Shown here one piece after another: positions 10,680-20,217 of a stretch of DNA of 64,000 nt. Source of the stretch: a virus (Duplodnaviria > Caudoviricetes); the IMG/VR virus record IMGVR_UViG_3300033066_001827, positions 2,469 through 66,468 of that record, one strand, 5' to 3'. Positions within the stretch are counted from its first letter, which is position 1. Each line of letters begins with the position of its first letter. The notes under the pieces were generated by a model. The model had not been told where the DNA came from and made no database searches. It was given only the letters and a program-made list of their open reading frames with translations. A program made the translations under genes and the position numbers.

Positions 10680-10732
10680 CAGATGTGTTTTTGCTTTGTT
10701 AAAGTGTCGTAGCTCTTCAACCCAGGTGCGGC

Positions 10733-12412
10733 ATGGCCAAGATTACCGACCCAGACTTGCTCGACGACTCAGCAGCAGATGACGGCTCTCAGGAAGTCTA
10801 CATCAACACGACAACTAAGACGATCAAGCTGGTCGTTGTCGGCAATTTGTCGAACACTGGTGTGCAAGACACCAATGGTGTTACGCTTAAGTCGCTGTAC
10901 TCATTCCTGAAAGAGGAATGGAGACTAGACCCGAACAGCAAGAACTTGGCAGCCTTTCCATTCCCCATGGTACCTATCACCGACGAACAGTTCGAGTTCG
11001 TGGACGGCTGGGACCTTCTCAATGACACTGCACGATATCTCATTCGTGACGCAGGCTGGGCTGTAAAAAACACCAGTGGTAACACCACGCAAATGTGGGC
11101 CGGTATTATTGGCCTGGGCGCTATCGAAACAAATGATCAATTGTATTACCAGCAATCAACTGGTGGGTCTGCTGTTAATGTGCAGTTGACTGGCCAGATC
11201 AACCAGGCTGTCCAGATCCTTCGCGATGACGATGGCGACGGTAATTATGCAGAAGGATCGGATTACGACCGACGAACGTTCTTCTCACTATTCTGCCGTG
11301 AATACAACCAGCTCTATGGTAAGTCCAAACTGTCGGACATCGGCGTAACCTCGATGACCTATCAGGCTTATCGCTTCCCTATCAGCACAGGCTCCGACCT
11401 CAAGATCGAAGATACCGATGGCAACGTAGCGGCAAACGCTCCATTTACTTCGATCGTTATCCGTTATTTTGACCAAGCCTTTAGCATTGATGTAGACAGC
11501 ACCACGAACCGCAGTTACGGCATTGTGGTGGACGTAGGTACTCACTCTGGTGTGGACGGCTCAGCCCCCGGTGCCGGCTCTGTGCTGACCACCGCAGAAG
11601 GTGGGATGACTGTCAATGCCTTCGCTGGTGGTGTTCTTCGCATGCACGAAGGCACCAATGAAAACACTGAGTACCCGATTGTCTCAAATACAGCCACAAC
11701 TATTACGGTCACCGGGACGTTGGCTGTCGGGTCGAACATGTCGTTCACAGCCCGGCCGTCTTCGGCGGTAGTGGCCACTGCAGAAGAGATTTACACGAAG
11801 GTTCAATACCTTCTTCGGCAGAACTCCGATATCGATGCAACGGATCAGTCTGTCACAGGTAAGACCGCTGACCAGTTGATGTACTTTGTTGGTGATACGC
11901 TTGTTTGTGGTCGCTCTGCCGCAGGTGTGGCTCCTACAAACCCCAACGGCGGCGGTTCTGGCGTTATTATTGAAGGCTTCAGTGCTTCTGACACGAATCG
12001 CCTGACTTTCTACGATAACTCAGACACAGCCCGAACTTATCCGTTTGTTGCTACCTTGACCATCAACTTCGGAGCAAACTTACAGGCGGATGGGTCGGCT
12101 AAGTACTGGGTGTATTTCACCACACTGCCTGGTGCTGGCAATGACTTTGGCGAATCGGGAGCTGTGCTGGTGGACACTTTTGCCGGCGCAGACATGGCTG
12201 GCAATGTTTCTGGCTCGCCCAGCATCACTCTTCAGTTCGACTACGACAACAATGCTCAGGGCGGGCGGACGCCAGCCACAGACGCCGGTATAACTGTCGT
12301 AGGTATCGGGTTGGCCACTGGGCAGTATGTGCGTACCACTGGTACAATAGCCCGATCGACAACTAACTCGGTTAGCTTGGCCAGTGCTCTGGAACGCAAC
12401 TACGCTACGTAA
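10733..12412 (+). CDS. Putative virion structural protein (fibre-associated)
   Basis: 559 aa, Thr/Gly/Asp-rich; GVTLKSLYSFLKEEW...FPFPMVPITDEQFEF motif that I recall from phage tail regions (unverified). Confidence 0.65.
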   Translation: MAKITDPDLLDDSAADDGSQEVYINTTTKTIKLVVVGNLSNTGVQDTNGVTLKSLYSFLKEEWRLDPNSKNLAAFPFPMVPITDEQFEFVDGWDLLNDTARYLIRDAGWAVKNTSGNTTQMWAGIIGLGAIETNDQLYYQQSTGGSAVNVQLTGQINQAVQILRDDDGDGNYAEGSDYDRRTFFSLFCREYNQLYGKSKLSDIGVTSMTYQAYRFPISTGSDLKIEDTDGNVAANAPFTSIVIRYFDQAFSIDVDSTTNRSYGIVVDVGTHSGVDGSAPGAGSVLTTAEGGMTVNAFAGGVLRMHEGTNENTEYPIVSNTATTITVTGTLAVGSNMSFTARPSSAVVATAEEIYTKVQYLLRQNSDIDATDQSVTGKTADQLMYFVGDTLVCGRSAAGVAPTNPNGGGSGVIIEGFSASDTNRLTFYDNSDTARTYPFVATLTINFGANLQADGSAKYWVYFTTLPGAGNDFGESGAVLVDTFAGADMAGNVSGSPSITLQFDYDNNAQGGRTPATDAGITVVGIGLATGQYVRTTGTIARSTTNSVSLASALERNYAT

Positions 12413-12420
12413 AGGCCCTT

Positions 12421-15400
12421 GTGAGCTCATTTGCTGTCACTACCAGTGTCAATGTCGACACGCTTACTCGTCTGGGTAGTGTGGCTGGTCTTGCTTGGAC
12501 TCGTGTTACCACCACTGCGACTATCACGCAGAACAATCACGGCATGGTTACTGGTGACTTAATCAATGTCACCGTGACGTCCGACGTCACAGCTATTACC
12601 ACTGGCGTTAAGACCATTACATTCATTAATGCCAATAGCTATTCTTTCACTTGTCTTAACGCTGGTGCAGCCTCTGGTACTATCACTGCTGCCCATATCG
12701 ATAACTTTCTGATCAACGGTGGCACGTTGACTGTTGATCAGGACTCCAGGTACGGGACAAACAGCAATACCAGCGGAGCGATGGGCAATATCGCCATGTC
12801 GGCCACCCTGGGTGGTGTTATTGAGTTCAATGCCACGTTGGTCAGGCTTATCCCGTACAACACTGGCACAGGCAATGTTCCTGCCAGTAACACGACAATC
12901 TCTCAAGGCAGCGCCAGCGGCAAGTTGATTGGTGTGTATTCAGCATTGAATGTGGCCCCTACTGCTGCCGGGGCGGCAATGCCGGCGTCGGGCTATGTTA
13001 AGATTAAACAATGGAACAGCGTGGCATTTGCCGCAGGGGCTTTGACTGGTATCGGGGCTACTGCCACAGGTGCCGATGTCGTTGGCTGGATAGAGATTGT
13101 TGGGGCTGACTCTCGAACAGCAACTGTAAACCGGTTGAATACTTTTCGAGTCCGAGGTGAGTGGTATCTTGTTGGAACAACAGACGGTACGCGAGCCACC
13201 ACTTACCAGATACCCTCCAACGGCTCGTCGGTGGTCTACTTGCCTGGTGTCTGGGTGGAGACCGGCTCCAGCACTAATGTGTACGAATTTTACCCTATGG
13301 CTGGGGTACAGACAGCATTACTAGCAAACGTCGGCACAGAAGCCGGTCGCGGCAAGTTCTGCTGGATAACCACCGCTGGTGTCTTGCGATTTGGTCACGA
13401 CGGTTCCAACAGTACAGGCGGGTACATACCTCCCACTGGGCGTCGTATTCGCATCCCCAACATCTTCTTTGTCTGCTGCACGCAGGCAGCCTTGACGGTC
13501 AATGTGCTGCCCAACGCCACTCTGGCCACTCGCTACGACTTTACCACGACAGGTGGCGGGCAGATCGATATCGATAGAGCTTCGATGTGCTGGTACCTGA
13601 GCTGCACTCAGGCCTATAGCGTCACGTTGGCTAATTCGGCTTTCCTCACTCAGATCCTTGTCGCTGAAATTGCTTCAGCGATGACCTGGAGCCAGGTAGG
13701 AGTCGGGTTAGAGGCTACCACTGCCAATCCGCAGTTTGCCTTGTCCATGTCACTATGCTTTGCCGGTGGTACGTTCTCTAACTGCGTGTTCGCTACAGCT
13801 TCTTTGGCTGCTTCTGGCCGTTATGTCATCAGCATAACGGACATTTCAGGGTTCACCTTCACCAGCATCACCACGGTTTCGCTCACGCCAGCTCGAGGTA
13901 ATGCGACCACTGGTGCTATCACCGCGACACGTATGTCCAGTTGTACTTGGACCGGCCTGGGGCTTGGGAGCGGGAGGCTGTTGCTGATCACTTGTGCTAC
14001 ATGCACTTTCACTGGAACAATCTATTACGACGCTGTGGCAGGAACTACTCCTACTACGAATCCGATGTACGCTTTTGACATCAACACCAAGTGCGACACG
14101 ATTAAATTTGACGGGTTGACCTTCCCAGTCACCATGGTTCAACCTTACAGCGGCGTGCTCAACATCGGTGCCGCTGGTTGCAACCTGATTAAGCTTCGGA
14201 ATCTTGGGTCTGCCGCAACTCCGTTGGATATGGGGGACACTCGGCAGGATGGCGCGGCCTGGTCTAGAACTACCACAACAGCTACGGTCACAAAGACAGC
14301 GCATGGGCTGAAGGCCAATGACATCATCTATGTGATCATCTCTTCAGACGTAGCGGCAATCACTGTAGCAGCAAAGACTGTGGCTTCAGCTCCTACAGCA
14401 GACACGTTCACTTTCACTTGTCTTAATGCAGGTGCCGCCTCTGGGACACTGTCTTATTATCCGACAATGACAGCTAACCTCTTCGTGCTGGCTGCAGGTG
14501 CTGCTGCCAGCAATATCGAAGTTAAGCGATGTTACACAACGCACACCAGGACTGGTTTGCAGACTTCCGATAACTCTAGTAAGGGCATTTTGCTAGAGAA
14601 TGTCGGGGTAGACTATGTGTTGAACGCTTCGCTATTGCCCTGGCTCAACGGCAAGCAAAAAGGCTTATTCGCTTTACCGACTCTAGCTGCCCAGACGGCT
14701 TGCTACGGTACACACTGGGCTGATTTTTTCATGGCCGACTTGGCCAGCACCACCGCGGGTGTATCGTGGTCGAGAACCACTACTACTGCCACAGTCACCA
14801 ACACAGATCACAAATTGAAGACAGGCGACACGATTTTGGTCACTGTCAGTAGCAGCACCGCGGCCATCATTTTGGGGCTCAAGACAGTAACAGCCCTGAC
14901 GAAAGACACCTTCACCTTTACTTGTTTGAACGCAGGTAGCGCGTCGGGCACGCTGACTTACCAGCCGTTGATGTCCCGCATTGCTCTCGTGATGAATGAG
15001 GCAACTTCCGACACGACTGACCAGTACACAGGCCTGACAGGCACAGCTCAGTTCACATCCGCCGGTGGGCTCTACATGCCGGCCGTCAACGACGAAATTA
15101 CTTTCGTCATGCCGTACTACATGATCGGCCACACCGGGTTTCCGATTATGGAAGCTGTCATGGCTGGCGGCACGTTGACCAATTACGACATAACTTACGC
15201 CATCGATCAGAACGACGGTAATGGCTATTCCTCGTTTAAGAACTTGTCCTACCCGCGAGCTGGTGGAGGCGGGTCTAACGGTTCAACCAATGTTACGATG
15301 ACCGACACTACTGGAGTGGCTGTTAACGATTATGTCTGGGGTACCAACATAGCGCCCAACGCCAAGGTGCAGTCGATTACTAATAGCACAACCATTGTGG

Positions 15401-15864
15401 TAGATAACGCCAACGTGGGGGCTGTGTCTGGCATACTCAGGTTCAGCCAGCTACCCTTCCAAACTGTCACGAGCGCCCAACTGGGCTTTAAGCTGAAGAT
15501 CAAGATAAAGACCACCACAGTTAATGTGACGGCTATCACATCGTTTTACTTCTGGACTCTGTCGACTACTACTTCCCGGGGCTACCAGTATCCGCTGGAC
15601 CTAGCCACGTTGTCGCTTACCGGGCTGAAGAACCCATCAGAAGTTCGCGTCTACAACACAGGGACGACTACTGAGCTGGCCGGCCAAGAAACGATAACAA
15701 GTGGAACGTTCTCCACGCAAATCGATATTGCGCTGTATCCTACTGTCGACATCTCGGTGTTGGCTCTAAGTTATCAGAACATCCGGTTGCTGTCTCAGAA
15801 CCTCGGTACAGGCCTCTCGATACCTGTTTCACAGGTTGTTGACCGGCAATACCTCAACCCGTAA
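12421..15864 (+). CDS. Large tail fibre/adhesin-like protein with three internal ~65-aa repeats
   Basis: 1147 aa, Thr/Ala/Gly-rich; three copies of W[ST]RxTTTAT[IV]T...H..(K/V)xxD.I.V...F[ST]FTCLNAG[AS]ASGT. Confidence 0.75.
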   Translation: MSSFAVTTSVNVDTLTRLGSVAGLAWTRVTTTATITQNNHGMVTGDLINVTVTSDVTAITTGVKTITFINANSYSFTCLNAGAASGTITAAHIDNFLINGGTLTVDQDSRYGTNSNTSGAMGNIAMSATLGGVIEFNATLVRLIPYNTGTGNVPASNTTISQGSASGKLIGVYSALNVAPTAAGAAMPASGYVKIKQWNSVAFAAGALTGIGATATGADVVGWIEIVGADSRTATVNRLNTFRVRGEWYLVGTTDGTRATTYQIPSNGSSVVYLPGVWVETGSSTNVYEFYPMAGVQTALLANVGTEAGRGKFCWITTAGVLRFGHDGSNSTGGYIPPTGRRIRIPNIFFVCCTQAALTVNVLPNATLATRYDFTTTGGGQIDIDRASMCWYLSCTQAYSVTLANSAFLTQILVAEIASAMTWSQVGVGLEATTANPQFALSMSLCFAGGTFSNCVFATASLAASGRYVISITDISGFTFTSITTVSLTPARGNATTGAITATRMSSCTWTGLGLGSGRLLLITCATCTFTGTIYYDAVAGTTPTTNPMYAFDINTKCDTIKFDGLTFPVTMVQPYSGVLNIGAAGCNLIKLRNLGSAATPLDMGDTRQDGAAWSRTTTTATVTKTAHGLKANDIIYVIISSDVAAITVAAKTVASAPTADTFTFTCLNAGAASGTLSYYPTMTANLFVLAAGAAASNIEVKRCYTTHTRTGLQTSDNSSKGILLENVGVDYVLNASLLPWLNGKQKGLFALPTLAAQTACYGTHWADFFMADLASTTAGVSWSRTTTTATVTNTDHKLKTGDTILVTVSSSTAAIILGLKTVTALTKDTFTFTCLNAGSASGTLTYQPLMSRIALVMNEATSDTTDQYTGLTGTAQFTSAGGLYMPAVNDEITFVMPYYMIGHTGFPIMEAVMAGGTLTNYDITYAIDQNDGNGYSSFKNLSYPRAGGGGSNGSTNVTMTDTTGVAVNDYVWGTNIAPNAKVQSITNSTTIVVDNANVGAVSGILRFSQLPFQTVTSAQLGFKLKIKIKTTTVNVTAITSFYFWTLSTTTSRGYQYPLDLATLSLTGLKNPSEVRVYNTGTTTELAGQETITSGTFSTQIDIALYPTVDISVLALSYQNIRLLSQNLGTGLSIPVSQVVDRQYLNP

Positions 15865-15873
15865 AGGTGATGC

Positions 15874-16482
15874 ATGGCCTACACCTTTGACGGTCCTAAC
15901 AAACTGATCATTTTGAGTTCTGGCACCACGTCCTTTTCTGTCGTTGACCTGTATTCCAGATGGAAAGATTGGATGTTGTTGTCGGACAACTCCAAGTATC
16001 TTGAGGCCATCTCAGGCATTGGTGGTGACCCTCTACCAGGCGGAAATTTCCTTGGCCAAACCTTCTTCCTGGAGAATGACTGGAAGATACGCCCGCAGGA
16101 AGCAAATCACGTCCTGGTCGTCACAGGCAACCTGTACGATCGAGCCGGAGGCAGCCCGTTTGTTAATACAACCGGTGCCTACAATGTCCGCATCGAATCT
16201 CGAGTCAGCAACATTGTTGACCTGATAGCTACTGGCGGCAGTACTATTGACCCAGATGACGTTGCGGACGCCGTGCTAACCAAAGCGGATTCGATATTCC
16301 CTGGTTGGCACTTAGCCCGCAGTGTCCGTTACATGTTGTCAGAGGCGATGGGAGATGTGTCCGGAGCGGTAGACACTGGCACTTCGAACCTGCAATTGTT
16401 TGACCCACAAAACAATTTGATTGCCACTGCTGACGTCGACCAGCTTGGTAATCGACAAATCACTTCCTACGTGCAATCATGA
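15874..16482 (+). CDS. Hypothetical virion-region protein
   Basis: 202 aa; DLYSRWKDW...FFLENDWKIRP pattern; follows the large fibre gene. Confidence 0.65.
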   Translation: MAYTFDGPNKLIILSSGTTSFSVVDLYSRWKDWMLLSDNSKYLEAISGIGGDPLPGGNFLGQTFFLENDWKIRPQEANHVLVVTGNLYDRAGGSPFVNTTGAYNVRIESRVSNIVDLIATGGSTIDPDDVADAVLTKADSIFPGWHLARSVRYMLSEAMGDVSGAVDTGTSNLQLFDPQNNLIATADVDQLGNRQITSYVQS

Positions 16483-17345
16483 GTTGGTCTACCTGGTGGT
16501 CAGCCTGGTCTAGCTGGTGGGAAGGGTCAAGACATCACCCGTCTTCGACTACCGAAGAACCTACAACAGAAGAGCCTGCTCAGACCCCTGCGCCTCCTTC
16601 CGAGTGGCCTGCGAAGGACGGCTCGTCGTTTAGCCCATTTGGGCCAGCGTGGACTGCTGCTCTAGCTGATCCTCGGTGTGTTCAGCCTGAACGCATTTCA
16701 ATCCCAGCACCCTCCGTCATAGCTGTCGATTGCGGAGCTGCCGGCGCTCCGCCAGACCCACCTGACCCTCCCAACTCGTCTGTGCCTATTCGAATTTACG
16801 AGCGAGGCCCGAAGAAGATACTCAAGCCCCTTTTGTCTTCGAATTACGACGGCTCAGAAAACTGGTACTTCTTGTCTGGCATCTGGACAGATCTGCCCTA
16901 TGGAGAAAAGCAGCTCATTCGCAGTTTCCATTCAATCCACTTATATAACACAGGTCGCAGCCCTGTTCTCTTCCCGGTGGCGAGCTTCGTCCGTGGTTAC
17001 ATGATGATTGAGTTGTTGATTGGGACAAGAGATGGTCCGCATAACCGAGCCCCCAAAGGCAGAATGGCCCATTTGCCTGGCAACAGTGCTTACATGCGAA
17101 TCCCGGGCATGTGGCATAGTTACGCTTCACCGTTGAACATCGAAAGCTACCGACCTTTCCGTGCCTCGGTGTGCCTCACCAACGTGATCCCCGGTTTGCT
17201 GCCATTCAGCCAAGCCCAGTCTCCTATCGATGGAGGCGACCCATTCTTCAATAACCTGCCATTCGCTAATGGTTGGTCAACGGCCGGAGACGTGCTAGCC
17301 GGCATGACTGTCGAGCTGGTGATTGAGGAGTTTCAACCGCAGTAG
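16479..17345 (+). CDS. Hypothetical protein with a Trp-rich N-terminus and Ser/Thr/Pro linker
   Basis: MSWSTWWSAWSSWW then PSSTTEEPTTEEPAQTPAPP; ATGA overlap. Confidence 0.6.
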   Translation: MSWSTWWSAWSSWWEGSRHHPSSTTEEPTTEEPAQTPAPPSEWPAKDGSSFSPFGPAWTAALADPRCVQPERISIPAPSVIAVDCGAAGAPPDPPDPPNSSVPIRIYERGPKKILKPLLSSNYDGSENWYFLSGIWTDLPYGEKQLIRSFHSIHLYNTGRSPVLFPVASFVRGYMMIELLIGTRDGPHNRAPKGRMAHLPGNSAYMRIPGMWHSYASPLNIESYRPFRASVCLTNVIPGLLPFSQAQSPIDGGDPFFNNLPFANGWSTAGDVLAGMTVELVIEEFQPQ

Positions 17346-17359
17346 CTTGGAGGCTACCT

Positions 17360-18100
17360 GTGAAAGTGTGTGCTGTATCTTCGAGGATCTATGTGCCCGG
17401 GGCAGAGCCTGGGCCTGACTGTTCGTCGGTGTTGCCCAGCACAACCACGCCCCAGCCCGGCAGTACGACAGAAGACCCAGGCGGAGGTGGCGGAGGCTGC
17501 ATTGGCCAGATCATCGACAGAGCCTGCCGTTTGGCTGATTTACGCGACTCCACGATGCATTGGACTCTCCAGGTCCTGTTGCCTCAGTATGGCGGGAGAC
17601 TCAATCAACCGTTTGACACGAGCAACTACGCTGGGTTTCTGCCTTCTGTGCAAGGAGCCTTCCCAAGCTGGTGCGGAGTCCCGGCTAACTTCCCGGTCAT
17701 TGGCCTTGGGCCTACTGGTATCGTCTACCAGGCTGGCGGCACGGTCCAAGAGAAAGTAGGAGTAAGTATCGTCAGAGAAGCACTTGGCTTTGGTAATTGT
17801 GCATGGAGATTTGGGCGTGGTTACATCGCCTATGTGTTGCCAGCACCTCCTGGCGGGCCATTAGGGCAGCCTTTCAGTGCTATTGGGGCTGCGCACCTGG
17901 AGAACATCGTACCGCAGATTCAATGTCCTGAAACCGGTACTGGTCCGGTTCAAATCGATATAACGGCAAACATGGTGCCACTGATGGTGGGTGGGTCAGA
18001 CGTCTGGCACGGTTTCCCTTTCTATAACTTCCAAACCAACTGCCCCATTGCCCAGTTCATGTTGTCTGGTCCTTTTCATCTTCGAATAACTGGAGGTTAG
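17360..18100 (+). CDS. Hypothetical protein with a Ser/Thr/Pro linker
   Basis: PSTTTPQPGSTTEDPGGGGGG; GGAGG RBS upstream of the GTG. Confidence 0.6.
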   Translation: MKVCAVSSRIYVPGAEPGPDCSSVLPSTTTPQPGSTTEDPGGGGGGCIGQIIDRACRLADLRDSTMHWTLQVLLPQYGGRLNQPFDTSNYAGFLPSVQGAFPSWCGVPANFPVIGLGPTGIVYQAGGTVQEKVGVSIVREALGFGNCAWRFGRGYIAYVLPAPPGGPLGQPFSAIGAAHLENIVPQIQCPETGTGPVQIDITANMVPLMVGGSDVWHGFPFYNFQTNCPIAQFMLSGPFHLRITGG

Positions 18101-18982
18101 ATGCCGCTGCTGACAATTGCGATTCCAACATTTGACGACTACCGTGGCCTCAGCATGACGCTTCAATCGCTGAACATGCACCACCGAGGCCTGGGGTTTG
18201 ACCTGTTGGTATTCGACAACTTCAACAAGTGCGAGAGAAGCAAGAAGGCAGCCAAAAACGCCAAAGCCAGGCTGATTTCTGACGACTCCATCCAAGGGAC
18301 CTGCTATTCCAAATCACGCTGCGTCCAAGAGGCTCTGGGGAAATTTGTTCTTGTCATCGATAGCCATGTCATGTTGGACGTGGGCAGCATCTTCAAGCTG
18401 CTGAACTACCTGGAGAGCAACACTAAGTCTGCCAGGGGTAATATCTACCACGGCCCGCTAGTGTCCAATGCCGGCGAGATCTACGCCACAGAGCTCAGGC
18501 CTACGTGGGGCAGCAACGCCTGGGGTAAGTGGCACAACCGGATTACAAAAGATCACCCACTCCCCGATCAGCCCTTCGATATCTGGGGCCATGGGTGCGG
18601 GGCTTTTTGTGTCAGTAAGGAAGCCTGGCCGGGCTATCACCCCCGTTGCCGTGGCTTTGGCGGGGAAGAGGGCATCATCCAGGAGCATTACCGAGCCAGA
18701 GGAGGTAAAGCCATTTGTCTGCCTTTCCTGCAGTGGACACACAGCTTCAACGATGGAGCCCCAGTCACCCACACCGTGAGCGTGGACGACAAGTTCCGGA
18801 ACAACATGCTGGGGATTACCGGCCTGCCCAACGAAGAACAGCTGTGGGCAGACTGCATCGGCCACTTCTCCCAGTCGTTGCCGATGAACAAAATCGTCGA
18901 GCTCTGCAAGGTATGCCTACCCGGAAAGTACGTCATCGATACCAAGGTGGCTCTTTCCCTTCCAACCACGGTAAACGCATGA
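18101..18982 (+). CDS. GT-A glycosyltransferase resembling polypeptide GalNAc-transferase (GT27/GT2-like)
   Basis: TIAIPTF, LLVFDN, VIDSH (DxH), GCGAFCVSK, FGGEE, WTHSF, FRNN motifs. Confidence 0.8.
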   Translation: MPLLTIAIPTFDDYRGLSMTLQSLNMHHRGLGFDLLVFDNFNKCERSKKAAKNAKARLISDDSIQGTCYSKSRCVQEALGKFVLVIDSHVMLDVGSIFKLLNYLESNTKSARGNIYHGPLVSNAGEIYATELRPTWGSNAWGKWHNRITKDHPLPDQPFDIWGHGCGAFCVSKEAWPGYHPRCRGFGGEEGIIQEHYRARGGKAICLPFLQWTHSFNDGAPVTHTVSVDDKFRNNMLGITGLPNEEQLWADCIGHFSQSLPMNKIVELCKVCLPGKYVIDTKVALSLPTTVNA

Positions 18983-19740
18983 AGATCAGCTGCATTTGCC
19001 TGACTTACAACCGGTTCCCGGTCCGTGGTTACTTGCTCGAGGAAGCGGTCAACAGTTTCCTGCAGCAGGACTATCAGGACAAAGAGCTTGTGGTCATCAA
19101 TGACTGCCCGCAACAACAGCTAGTGTTTAACCATCCTCAAGTATTGATCGTTAATCTGCCTCGGCGTTGTCAGACCTTGGGCGAGAAATACAACCTGGCT
19201 GTCGCCCTGGCCTCTGGTGATCACATAGCCCCTTGGGATGACGACGACATATCCTGCCCTAAGAGGCTCAGTTTCGCCGCAGAGTTGCTCGCCAAGACTG
19301 GCTCTCACTACTACAAGGCCTTTGGGCAATGGTGCCTGACTAAGAAAGGTCTGGTCAAAAGCACCAACTTCGTGGGCCACAACAGCTCTGTCTACTCGCG
19401 GAAAGCTTTCGCCAAGACCGGTGGCTACCCTATCACCAGCTGGGGGCCGGATACGGAGATGGATAGGCGATTAAAGCTGCTTGGTGCACCTGTGTCTGGA
19501 GAGACAAGCGCCCTGGATTACCAGTACATTTACCGGTGGGGCGTGTCCGATCTACACCTTTCTGCACTCGGTGGAGATGACCCTGAACGGGCTTGGGTAT
19601 TGGCAGGAGAGAAGCCAGTTGTCGCCGGGGAGTTCGTCCTAGAGCCTCGCTGGCTATACCCGTACTCCCAGCTGGCTCTGGTTGCCGCCAAGTCAGGCTT
19701 ACAGATACTTCCCACCCCTGACCTAGAGTTCTGGCCATAG
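18979..19740 (+). CDS. Glycosyltransferase family 2
   Basis: ISCICLTYNR, ELVVIND, LGEKYNLAV, WDDDD motifs; ATG at 18979 overlaps the upstream TGA. Confidence 0.9.
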   Translation: MKISCICLTYNRFPVRGYLLEEAVNSFLQQDYQDKELVVINDCPQQQLVFNHPQVLIVNLPRRCQTLGEKYNLAVALASGDHIAPWDDDDISCPKRLSFAAELLAKTGSHYYKAFGQWCLTKKGLVKSTNFVGHNSSVYSRKAFAKTGGYPITSWGPDTEMDRRLKLLGAPVSGETSALDYQYIYRWGVSDLHLSALGGDDPERAWVLAGEKPVVAGEFVLEPRWLYPYSQLALVAAKSGLQILPTPDLEFWP

Positions 19741-19783
19741 AACAGGTACCATGGGCTAGTTCGCCTTTACGGGAGATCCTTCG

Positions 19784-20206
19784 TTGGGGCCATTTAGCGT
19801 ACAAATGCGGATTATCGTCACACCCTCCTCGGTGACGGTTCCCTATTATGTCTTGGAAATGACAGCCCTGGCTGCCGTCAACCTGTCAAAAAAGGTGTTT
19901 GTCTACCGTCGCACAGACGCAGGTACCGACGTCTTTGATGGCATAGCCAGCCCCACAGACCTGTTGTTGATCCCCGAGGACGCCCCCGACGAGGGAAGCG
20001 CTTTTCCTACCAAGTTCCGATCAGCCTCCTACACGAAGATGGACGCCCAGCCATCTGTCATTGAAACTACTAAAAATGACCTGCAGGACTCGATCGACGA
20101 ACTCACCGCGGCCCTGCAGACAGCCTGGGACTTCAGCCAGTCCCAGATTGTCTTCTCGGGCGTGTGGGGAGCTGGGCACAGCACCAGCTGCGTTCTGTCG
20201 GCGTAA
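19784..20206 (+). CDS. Hypothetical protein
   Basis: 140-aa ORF; exact start uncertain. Confidence 0.55.
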   Translation: MGPFSVQMRIIVTPSSVTVPYYVLEMTALAAVNLSKKVFVYRRTDAGTDVFDGIASPTDLLLIPEDAPDEGSAFPTKFRSASYTKMDAQPSVIETTKNDLQDSIDELTAALQTAWDFSQSQIVFSGVWGAGHSTSCVLSA

Positions 20207-20217
20207 GGAGAGCTGGA

